Assembly: GCF_001194135.2 (NCBI RefSeq)
Contig: NC_068984.1
Coordinates: 92,736,839 to 92,800,838 of the forward strand
Reading direction: 5' to 3'
Source: Octopus bimaculoides
Lineage: Eukaryota
DNA length: 64,000 bases
Of this stretch, positions 25,030 to 37,500 are shown in pieces. How positions within the stretch are numbered: the first letter of the stretch is position 1; each line of letters starts with the position of its first letter. A program made the position numbers and the translations under genes. A model generated the notes under the pieces. It was not told the origin of the DNA. It saw nothing but the letters and a program-made list of their open reading frames with translations, and searched no databases.

Positions 25030-25932
25030 NNNNNNNNNNNNNNNNNNNNNNNNNNNNNNNNNNNNNNNNNNNNNNNNNNNNNNNNNNNNNNNNNNNNNNN
25101 NNNNNNNNNNNNNNNNNNNNNNNNNNNNNNNNNNNNNNNNNNNNNNNNNNNNNNNNNNNNNNNNNNNNNNNNNNNNNNNNNNNNNNNNNNNNNNNNNNNN
25201 NNNNNNNNNNNNNNNNNNNNNNNNNNNNNNNNNNNNNNNNNNNNNNNNNNNNNNNNNNNNNNNNNNNNNNNNNNNNNNNNNNNNNNNNNNNNNNNNNNNN
25301 NNNNNNNNNNNNNNNNNNNNNNNNNNNNNNNNNNNNNNNNNNNNNNNNNNNNNNNNNNNNNNNNNNNNNNNNNNNNNNNNNNNNNNNNNNNNNNNNNNNN
25401 NNNNNNNNNNNNNNNNNNNNNNNNNNNNNNNNNNNNNNNNNNNNNNNNNNNNNNNNNNNNNNNNNNNNNNNNNNNNNNNNNNNNNNNNNNNNNNNNNNNN
25501 NNNNNNNNNNNNNNNNNNNNNNNNNNNNNNNNNNNNNNNNNNNNNNNNNNNNNNNNNNNNNNNNNNNNNNNNNNNNNNNNNNNNNNNNNNNNNNNNNNNN
25601 NNNNNNNNNNNNNNNNNNNNNNNNNNNNNNNNNNNNNNNNNNNNNNNNNNNNNNNNNNNNNNNNNNNNNNNNNNNNNNNNNNNNNNNNNNNNNNNNNNNN
25701 NNNNNNNNNNNNNNNNNNNNNNNNNNNNNNNNNNNNNNNNNNNNNNNNNNNNNNNNNNNNNNNNNNNNNNNNNNNNNNNNNNNNNNNNNNNNNNNNNNNN
25801 NNNNNNNNNNNNNNNNNNNNNNNNNNNNNNNNNNNNNNNNNNNNNNNNNNNNNNNNNNNNNNNNNNNNNNNNNNNNNNNNNNNNNNNNNNNNNNNNNNNN
25901 NNNNNNNNNNNNNNNNNNNNNNNNNNNNNNNN

Positions 25933-25973
<41 letters not shown>

Positions 25974-28900
25974 ATATATATATACCATATATATTTATAT
26001 ATATAATAAAAGGGTAAAATTGATTAATTAATAAGTTTACCAAGTAGATTGGTACGTTAAAATAACCATTATAGGTAAAATTATACAAATATTCTATAAT
26101 TATAATTAGGTGTGAGATAATTGCTTGACCACATACCGAATTTAGAAAAAGGAGTTTAAAATTTCTTTTCTACTACCGTAAGAATCTCCCAGATAGTAAC
26201 ACGTTTTAACATAGGTAAAAAGAAAAACAATGAATCCAGAAGACTCCAATTAGCCACATACACGTTTTGAGATTAAAGTTTGTTTACTTACCAATTTCTC
26301 ATCATCACTAGCATTCTGTATATAAAATTTGAAAGTGCTAGTGTTAAATATATACATGATTGAGCGTGATCACGCAACAGATATCCAACCAACTCTTCCA
26401 AAATTTATACAGCTGAATGTGAATACATATTTATCCCTTGTACGCATGTGTATGTTACGAGCAATACCACAGAAATTGCAATATTTTAATCAGGGAGTAA
26501 ATTATAATTTCAGTATTAATAATAAAAGGGTAAAATTAATTAAATTTAAATGCTACCAGCATCCAAAACTGAATATGAAACTTACATGGTACACTGGTCC
26601 ACAGGGAATTTCAATCCCAGAGCCTAAATCAGTGAGGAGCCTGTGTATCGATATGAGTGATGATACCTCTTTCCAAGTGCACATTACCAGGATGGTGACA
26701 AAATGCAGTCGACTGACTGAATGGATCCTGAGAACATTCAGAATTAGAGATAAGGAAACCATGATGGTCCTCTGGAGGACATTCGTCTTCAGCTGCCTGG
26801 ATTACTGCTTCCAGCTATTGTCACCCAATAGTGTGAAATTAACAGCGGACCTTGAAGCAATCCAGATAAGATTCACAAAGAAGATTGTCTCTTTGCAACA
26901 GCTCAGCTTCTGGGAAAGGCTGAAACTCTACTCCCTGGAGTGAAGGCAGGAGAGGTGTTGAGTAATGTACATCTGGAAGATTCTGGAAGGAATTGTGCCA
27001 AATTTTGGCATTGAAAGCTATACCAATGCCAGAATGGGTTGATGCTGCACAGTGCCAAAGATCCCAGCAATGCCATTGCACTTCAGGACCAGTTACTGCA
27101 ACAGCCTGGGTTTCAAGAGCCTACAACATTTTAATACTCTCCCAAAGGGCCTGAGGAACCTACACAAAGTGGATGTAGGTGTTTTCAAATCAAAATTGGA
27201 CCCCTTGTTGGCGAGAGTTCCATGGAGACGCCACTATGAAAGGTTGCTAAATAAAGAGAATGAATGGGAGAAAGAGAGCCTGCCGAATGCCGACCCAACA
27301 GAGGGACCAGCTATCCGAATTGATAGTACCTTGGTAGATAAAGCAATTAAGAGTATGAAGACAGAGACAACCCCTGGCCCATCAAGAATCACTGCAGAGA
27401 TGCTCAAAATATCTGGCAGTGTCAGCTATAGCCTACACGAAGGAGTCATATCCAATGACTGTTGTAGCAGCACTATAGTCAACTGCTATAAAGGTAAATG
27501 TGACGCATTAGTTACAAATAATTACAGAGGTATCAAGTTGTTAAATCAGGTAATGAAAGTCACCGAGAGGGTCATAGCCCAACAAATTAGAGAGAGAGTC
27601 AGTTTAGATAAGATGCAGTTTGGGTTCATGCCAGGGAAAAGCACCACTGATGCTATATTTCTGGTAAGAAAGCTGCAGGAGAAATACCTAGCCAAAGATA
27701 AACCCCTGTACCTGGCTTTCGTTGACATGGAGAAAGCTTTTGACAGGGTCCCCAGCTCCCTTATCTGGTGGACAATGAGGAAACTAGGGATAGATGAATG
27801 GTTAGTGAGAGCTGTGCGAGCCATGTACAGGGACGCTGTCAGTAAGGTGAGGGTTTGCAACGAGTACAGTGAAGAATTCCAGGTAGAGGTAGGGGTCCAC
27901 CAAGGTTCAGTCCTCAGCCCCCTCCTATTTATCATAATCCTCCAGGCAGTAACACAGAAATTCAAGACAGGATGCCCCTGGGAGCTCCTCTATGCTGATG
28001 ACCAGCAATAGCTGAGTCACTATCAGAACTAGAGAAGCAAGGATTAGAATCGAAGGGCCTTAGAGTCAACCTAGCTAAAACCAAAGTCCTAATAAGTAGG
28101 AAGGCAGACAAATCACAAATCCCTTCAGGTAGATGGCCCTGCTCGATATGTAGAAAAGGCAGAAACTCTATAAGATGTACCCAGTGTAAAGCTATGGACA
28201 TATAAGAGGTGCAGCAATATCAAAGGAAGGTTAACTAGGGAGATAGTTTTTGTATGTGGCAGATGCTCAGGACCAATAAACACTGAAAATGTGTAGAGAA
28301 CAACTTCTGTCACATTCCAGGGAGAAAAACTAGAAGCAGTTGACAGCTTCCATTACCTAGGGGACCAAGTCAGTAGCTGGGGTGGTTTCTCTGAAAGTGT
28401 AGCTGCTATAATAAGAATAGCCCGGGCAATGTTCAGAGATCTCCTACCTCTGCTGGTGACAAAGGGCCTCTCGCTCAGAGTAAAAGGTAGACTGTATGAA
28501 CAGCCATGCTACATGGCAGTGAAACATGGGCCGTGACTGCTGAGGACATGCATAAACTTGCAAGGAATGAAGTTAGTATGCTCCGCTGGATGTGTAATGT
28601 CAGTGAGCATACACGACAGAGTGTAAGCACCTCAAGAGAAAATTTAGACCTAAGAAGCATCAGATGTGGTATGCAAGAGAGAGGACTGCGCTGGTATGGT
28701 CATGTGGTGTGAATGAATGAGGACAGCTGTGTGAAAAAGTGTCACACCCTAGCAGTTGAGGGAATCTGTGGAAGTGGTAGACCCAAGAAGACCTGAGATG
28801 AGGTACTGAAGCATGACCTTCGAACATTGGGCCTCACTGAGGCAATGACTAGTGACCAAGACATTTGGAGATATGCTGTGAGAAAACCCGGGAAGCCAAG

Positions 28901-31900
28901 TGAGACCATAAACCATGGCCTATGCCAGCAGTGTAACCAGCCCACTTATGCGTACCTTTCTTTTGTTGGACACTATACTTTGCTTGTGAAGACCTGTTGA
29001 GGCAAGTGAAATCAAATTCGCTGATGTGGTCGATGACAGCACCGCCTGACTGGCACTTGTGTGGGTGGCCTGTGGAGAACAACATTTGAGAGGTCATTGC
29101 CAGTGCTGCTGGACTGGCTCCTGTGCAGGTGGCACATAAAAAAACACCATTTGAGAATGGTCGTTGCCTGTACTGCCTGACTAGCCCTCGTGCCATTGGC
29201 ACATAAAAGCCTCCACTACACTCTCAGAGTGATTGGTGTTAGGAAGGGCATCCAGCTGTAGAAACTCTGCCAGATCAGATTGGAGCCTGGTGCAGCCATC
29301 TGGCTTGCCAGTCATCAGTCAAACCGTCCAACCCAGCATGGAAAGCAGATGTTAAACGATGATGATGATGATATATCATTTATATATTATCATATATATA
29401 TACATATATATGTGAATATAAATAAAAAAAAAGAAAGAAAAGGGTTACATCTGTCAGACGGGGAGGCATGAAAGTATACTAGCTCTTATATATTTAATAC
29501 TCTATTTAAAACTCAATATTTCATATATTCAATAAGACATTCAGTAGTTCATTTCATTTTACTATTTATATTATACTAGCAGTATAACCTGACCTTGTCC
29601 GGGTTTGACTTATTACGCCATCTACGATAAGTCTTGCTAGGTGAAAATCAACTAAAAAAGAAAGACTTACAACGAAAAAACCCTTATGATGTAAATATGT
29701 TCATTATTCAAAAGACGATGAAATTAATAGGGAAAGTCTGAAGGCTGTTTTGCGTAACATTATTAAGCGTACGTAAATTTCATCTGTCTAATTGGCTATA
29801 GAAATGCTTGTGCAAAAGAACTTTTTGCACTGCCCTGATTATACATAGCAGGGTAATCCCTTTTCGCAGGTGCTAGGACGGCAATTTGTGATGAAGCAGT
29901 TGCTGGTGATCTGTTGCTACACAGTTTTGCCAGAATGCTATCAGATTGGGCAGAAGATGTTGATGCACCATTTTGCATTATGTTCAAAGTAGCTTCTGGA
30001 ATGTGGTGAATTGCTGCAGTTTGTTGCTGTCATTTTAAACCAGCTGCTGTCTTTCCCAAGCAAACTCTCTTTTTTGGAGGCATAATCTATGTACATATTA
30101 AACAGAACAACAAAAGTTATAATAGATGGCAGGGTTGGTACTTTTCACATATCTGTAATTTTTCAGATTAACACCTGCACGATTACCCAACCCTAATCCT
30201 AACACTAACCCTAAACCCTAACCCTAAAACCCTAATCCTGACCCTAAAACCGTAACACTAATCCTAACCCTAACCGTAACCCTAACCCTAAACCTGACCC
30301 TAAAGCCCTAACCCTAACACCCCAGTGAAAATCGTGGTATATTTACAAAACATTGACGAACATGAGTTATATTTTACTGACTGATTGTGTACTTGCACGT
30401 GTATGCGTTTGGAAGTTAAGAGGAATTTAAGTGGAATTTCCGAAAATTGTCCCCCACCCCCACCCAAAACACTTTCACCGAAAATTTTTGTGTATTCGGA
30501 ATCTAGATAATAGATAATATATGCATAGAAAATTTCATTAAAAAATATTCATTTTTCTGAAAGTTATGACCTTCCAAAGTTGGCGGGTACAACTCTGTAG
30601 TTATACCACATTGACGAACATGGGTTATATTTTTGTGAATGATTGCGTTTGAGAGAGCGAGAGGGAAAGAGGGAAAGAAAGGAATAGATAATGTGAGCAA
30701 TGTGTATGTTGTCACAGATTACGTGTGTGGTTGTGTGTGTTTTTACGTATCTATGTTATGAAAAATAGGTAAAGACTACTGAGATGAAAGTTTAATTTAT
30801 GACTATGTATGTATCACTTTCTCTCTCTCTCCCTCTCCCTCTTTTACTCTTACTCTCTATATTTTTATGTTGAGCACGTGTGTAAGATCGGCGTTCCAGG
30901 TAGAAGGAAAGAAATATAAAAGTTGCTAGAAACAATAGCCAAATCTCCCTTAAATCACACAAAGTAAACGGAATTTTAAAAATCTAATTACTGCACTAGA
31001 AAGTTCACATCGAGAAAATTCCATTGATGTAAAAATTTTTACGAAAAAGTGGAAAATGTGGATTCTATAAACTTTCAAAAAGGCTTCACACAGATACAGA
31101 ACTTCAGCTTTATATATTAAGATATGTATTGTGGTTTTGTGTCTGTGTTTGTCCCCCACCACAGCTGTGTTTAAGTTCACATAAATTAGTAGTTCGGTAA
31201 AAGAGGCCAGTGAAAACATACCAGGCATAAAAAGAGGATGAACTGGTGTTGATTTGTTTGTTTAGAATTCTTTAAGGCGGTGCCTTAACCAGTAAATTAC
31301 TTAGTAAAACTTAAAGCTAAGGGAGTTAACTCTTGTACTATGGCATTGAAACCTCTCACCATCACTTTACTTGCTAGAAATAGCAACCCAATTGCTTTTA
31401 AATCAGATCTGAATGCTGGATGTTCAAGAACCAAATGAAGGGCAAATTGTCAATCCAGGGATCATCCTGATTCCAAAAAGGTATATGTCTATGTAGAGCA
31501 AATGTAGACCAAGCTACAGGGGTCCCAGATGAACAGACAGAATTTCACTTTTATTAATATAGATAGATGATTTGTTGTAAAAATTCTTATTGAATAATGC
31601 AATTGAAGTTATAGATATGTTTGTGTGGAGGTACAATTGTGCACATATTTTTTTCTTTTTCATTTTTTTAATATTGTTTTATGTTATGTACATATTTTTG
31701 GAAATATGTATGAATGCATGAATTAAAATTTTTTTTGGTAATATTGGAAAATACATTTTTGTTCTTTCTCTTGTCAGAAATCTTGTCGTGTAACATGATA
31801 GTTGTTTTTACATTGCAAATTCTGTATTATGAGTATTGTTTTATATTACTTTCAGGACATGTTAAAGTTGTCCGTGCCGTCTATAATTACAGTGCACAAA

Positions 31901-34454
31901 GAGTAAGTATTAAATTTTGTATGTTTATATGTGCATGAATGTGTATTTACCTTTCTAAGTCTGTCTGTGCAGATGCTCATGTATGTTTAATCATGTGTCT
32001 GTTTGCGCACGCTCATGAATTAGCCTTGTATGTATACATATATTTATGTGGGCATGTTTATACATGTTCATGCATATATCAGTGTGTGTGTGTAGAAACC
32101 AAAACTTTGTGAGTAGACACCTAAACTTTGTGAGTCTACTTTGGTAGACACAAACTGAAAGATGCCCATCATGTGTACATATAACATATATGTTAGAATA
32201 AGAATAGGATTAAAAAAAACATTCAAAGAACTTTACCTCTGTTGGAAAGTCAAAGGTTTCTCTCTCCTAATAAAAGGAAGATTGTAGGATGTTTGTGTAT
32301 GAACTGCAGTGCTACATGGTAAGGAGATGTGAACCCTAAATGCAGAGGACATGCGAAGACTAGAGGGGAATGAAGTTTGTACGTTCTGTTCGATGTGCAA
32401 TGTTAGTGTACATGTACAAAAGAGTGCTAGTATATTGAGAGAAAAGTTAGTCATAAGAGGAATTAGATGTGATGTGCAATGGAGTAGACTGTGTTGGTTC
32501 AGTCATGTGATGAATAGTTGCATAAAGAAGTGCTGATCACTTAAAGTGGATGGAACTTGTAGAAGAGGAAGACCCAGGAAAGCACAAGACAACGTATTGA
32601 GGGCTGATTTCAAGATGTTGAACCCTAAGGAGGAGATGACAACGGACCAAGATAACTGCCACCTTGCTGTACTTGAGAAAACCCTATCACTACAACAGAA
32701 TTGATATTCTAAAACCACCTTCTTAAATGCTTGTACATGTGAAACTCTCATAATCCTTAAAATGTTGGATTGTTATAATGCTCACTTCAGTATACAGTAT
32801 ACTTAGTAAAACCAGTAAAGACATGACTATCTCTGACTACCCACTACGTACTCTGGTATTTCATGTACTTCTCTTTACTTATAGTGACTAGGTTATTCTA
32901 TTCATCATGTGGGAGAGGTGTACCATTATTACTAATTCCCTTCAACATCTCCCCTTTTAAGTTTTTCTTAGAAAGTGTCATCTTAGTGAGCAATAATTTT
33001 TTTATATCCACCCCACCTCCCTTTATTTTTGTACAATTTAATATTTTTGCACTTGGTATCTATTTTCAGGAACTCTGTATGTTTTCTTTTCCTCTCACTT
33101 GTACGCCTGGGTTCAATCACCTCTTCATTTAGCAACCTTTCATAGTGGCATCTTGTATATATGTATGTATATATATATACATGTATGTGTGTGTATATAT
33201 ATATATAAATAAATAAATAAATAAATGGAGTTAAACACAGGTGTTATTGAAATTCTTTTACTTCCAACACATGTTTCAAGGATATCATTGGTATTATTCC
33301 AGAGGAATAAAATGGTATAAAACAATGTAATCTTCTCTTCAGGGAAATGAAGAAATAAAAGAGACCTTATTGACGAGTTTTATTTCTTCATTTCCCTGAA
33401 GAGAAGATTACATTGTTTTACACCATTTTATTCCTTGGAATAATACCAAGGATATCTTCGAAACATGTGTCGGAAGTAAAAGAATTTGAATAACACCTGC
33501 ATTTAACTCCATTTATTTATTTATATATATTATACAAAATATTTCACTTAAACCCAGAATTTCTACCTTTAAAAACAAGGTGTTACGCCCTTTTTACCTG
33601 TGTGATTTTTTGCTACCCTGGTAACTATTTATCTATTTTTTCCGTGTTAATTGTAAACAAGGGAAAAATACACACATCTATTTATATANNNNNNNNNNNN
33701 NNNNNNNNNNNNNNNNNNNNNNNNNNNNNNNNNNNNNNNNNNNNNNNNNNNNNNNNNNNNNNNNNNNNNNNNNNNNNNNNNNNNNNNNNNNNNNNNNNNN
33801 NNNNNNNNNNNNNNNNNNNNNNNNNNNNNNNNNNNNNNNNNNNNNNNNNNNNNNNNNNNNNNNNNNNNNNNNNNNNNNNNNNNNNNNNNNNNNNNNNNNN
33901 NNNNNNNNNNNNNNNNNNNNNNNNNNNNNNNNNNNNNNNNNNNNNNNNNNNNNNNNNNNNNNCCCGGGAAGACCTGGGCTGAGGTGGTGAGGCAAGACCT
34001 TCGAACATTGGGCCTCACCGAGGCGATGACTACTGACCGAGACCTTTGGAAATGTGCTGTGCGTGAGAAGACCCGGCAAGCCAAGTGAGATCGTTGCCAG
34101 TGCCCCTGGACTGGCCTTCGTGCGGGTGACACGTAAAAGCACCCACTACACTCTCTGCCAAATTAGATTGGAGCCTGGTGTTGCCATCCGGTTTCACCAG
34201 TCCTCAGTCAAATCGTCCAACCCATGCTAGCATGGAAAGCGGACGTTAAACGATGATGATGATGATGATGATGATGTATATATATGTCTATATATATGTA
34301 TATGTATATGTATGTGCATGTATATATCTATATTTGTGTGTGTGTGTGTGTGTGTGTGTGTATAAATATATGTGTATGTATACAGTGTTTGAAGTGGTGT
34401 CCAGATATTGTATATTAAGAAAAAGAATTATTCAAAATTCTGACTGCCTCCTTT

Positions 34455-34520
<66 letters not shown>

Positions 34521-37500
34521 CAAAATTTTAAGATTTTAAATTTATCCTTGTCTTTACTTATAATTTATGAGCATAATATGTTTGCATATGTATGCCCATA
34601 GTTAAACATAGGTAATATACTGGTAGTATAATGGCTTCTTTTATCTCTTAGACAATTATTTTAAACTCTAACTCAGCTAACCTTATATATATATATATAT
34701 AAGATAAAATAGAGAGATAATTAATTATTATTTATCAATTGAAAAAATTGACATTACTTACAGCTGTTTCAATTCTAGATCTTCAGAAAATTAATTAATG
34801 AAATTAAAAATTATTTGAAAGTTGAATCTCATCAGTGGTAGTTTAAGATACACAAAATAGGTGTTCAATTCCTGCATGATGAGTATATGACTGCAAACCG
34901 TTAACTGATAAAATTTATGCATAAAGAACATGGTATAAAACATGGTATAGACCTTAGAAAGGGAAGGAAGGTAGTGTATATTAGAGTTGTAAAGTAAGAA
35001 TAGATCAGTATACAGTGTTCCCTTTGGGCTGTATGGGAAGTAAATATGTTAAGAGGCTCTCATGTAAGAAGATATAGTATTTAAGATAAATAAATAAGGA
35101 TTAAAGGGAAGTAAATATATGCTTATAAAAGTGATAATAATGGCGGGCTTAAAGAGGGGTCAGTTCAACAAGATTAATTAAAACTTATTAATAAAATTAT
35201 TAAAATATGTTGTCCTCAAAAGTGAAAGTAGGTATTTAATATAGAGGTGAAGAACTAATGAACAGCTGGGAACAATCTAAATTAGGGACAAACAAAAATG
35301 AAACTTGGTAAAAGTAAACATATATGTTTTTTACGGTAGATTAGCCTAGTTACAGTTCATATAGTACAATTAATACAGAGGTGAAGAGCTAATGAAAAGC
35401 TGGGAATAATCTAAATTAGGGACATACAAAAGTGAAGCCGGGTAAAAGTAAACATATTTTACGGTGAATTAGAAAATAACTTACAGTACAGTTTTTATAT
35501 TACAATGTTAAAGCAATTAAAAGTTATGACTAGCATAAATGAATAAGTTAATGGTTAGATATACCTTCTTACAAGGAGAGAAAAAAAAACGTAAAAAAGT
35601 TATTGTTCATGAAATAGCAAGACGGAGAAAGAGATCAATAAAAAAACAGTCAAGGGGAGGTAATAAATAAATTACTAGAAAGGAAACAAATAATAAAATG
35701 GGGCTAGATAAAAAATGTGCAGATTAGTGTCTTAGGAGACATGTGCAAGGTATAATGTGAAAATATTATGCTAAATAATAAGTTAGGTGAGTTTTTAACT
35801 AAAAAATATTAAAGCATTTAACCAAGAAATAGGAAGAAAACTAAAGAATGTAAATTATTTAATTAAAGGCTGGAAGATAATAGAGGAAATAATAGTGAGT
35901 GTGTTAGGAGATAGGTATAAGTAAACTGTAATTATAGTATGTATATATAGGTGGAGTTAGGACCAAATGTAGTTTAAATTGTAAGGCCAAGTAATAGGAA
36001 ATAAGTAAAAAGGTAGTTACAAAAATATAAATGTGACTAAATAAATATATATGGTAAGAAATAAATATAATGGGGGAATGATAAAGTTAGAGTATTGTGA
36101 GATAGGTGCAAAATATACTGTAAACATAATATGTGTACATAATAAGTATGGAGTAAGATCATATAGATATTAAATTAATAATCCAAGCAATATGAATAAG
36201 AAAGGGTAAATATATAAATACAGATATAAATAAATGTATATACATGGTAAGGAATAAATATAATGGAGGAACCATAAAAAGGGGCTAAAGACAATATAGT
36301 GTGAAATAAAAGGGTAAATAAGCTGTAAAACAATTCAAGCATGCATGTTAGTATAAGGAATAAGAATAGCTAAAAATATATTATATCCTTATATTAAAAA
36401 TACAGATTTATTCATGTGTATACAAGAAACATTGCGTTTATCTCGAAAAAGGGTAATAATATAAATACAGATATAGTTAGATATATATAAATATATATAA
36501 AATATATAAATATATATACATGGTAAGGATTAAATATAATGGGGGAACCATTAAGAGGGGTTTAAAGACAATATAGTGTGAGGGATAGAGGTAAGCTGTT
36601 CTATAATTTAAACATGCATATTACTATAAGGAATAAGAATAGCTATATAATATTTTATCTATATTTTGAAAATACAAATTTGGTCATGTGTATGCAAGAG
36701 GCATGGCATTCATCTTTGAGGTTAAGAATAGGATATTTTGCAGAGAGAATATAAAATTTTTCATTTAAGCATAAAAGATAGTTTTTTATATTAATTTGAT
36801 AAGAAGGTACCAAGGTGAGTATTTCCCATTTCAAACCGTACTGTATATTCCTATCCTTTAACTCCCAAATAAATTTACTTAGTCCTGTAGAGTTAGATTT
36901 ATGTTTATTCCTGAAGGTATAGAGGTGAATGGCAATACGTTTTTTTAACCTCATTTTATGTAGAACCAATATAAGAATTTTTCGTTCCCTGTGCTGTACA
37001 TTGATATACATTGATATATTATGATATATACATATATATTATGATATATACATTGATATGTATTGATATATTATACTTTTACACATACATACGTTCTTAA
37101 ATAAGCAATTACTTTTAATCCTACAATCACAACTATTAGATATAGTATTAACATTAGTACTGGTGATGTCCAGCAGAAGTGTGTTATTATTATTATTATT
37201 GTTATTAGGGTTAATGGTAGGGGGCCGGTTAGAATATTACTATTATTATTATTCCTGTTATAATTACTTCTGTTCCAAGTAGAATATGTCTAATTTCCTA
37301 TTGTTTATAGAAGATATAATAGTTGCAAGGTTATAGGTTAAACTGTATCCCATATTAATAGTTCTATTACTAATAATTTCATGATATTTATTATTACTAA
37401 AATGCTTGTTAATAATTGAAACGATAGATTTTATTAAGTTACTTTTAATTAGCATTGCGAAAGGCAAAATTAACATTATATTATTATTAGATAACTCATC

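Noticed and set aside
27546-27965. Antisense ORFs over LINE/LTR coding regions (also 3512-4032, 5456-5959, 46036-46356, 61651-61962)
   Set aside because: Shadow frames of retroelement coding sequence with no independent homology.
30185-30322. True telomere or chromosome-fusion scar
   Set aside because: Short, degenerate, single orientation and embedded within a Helitron inside an intron.
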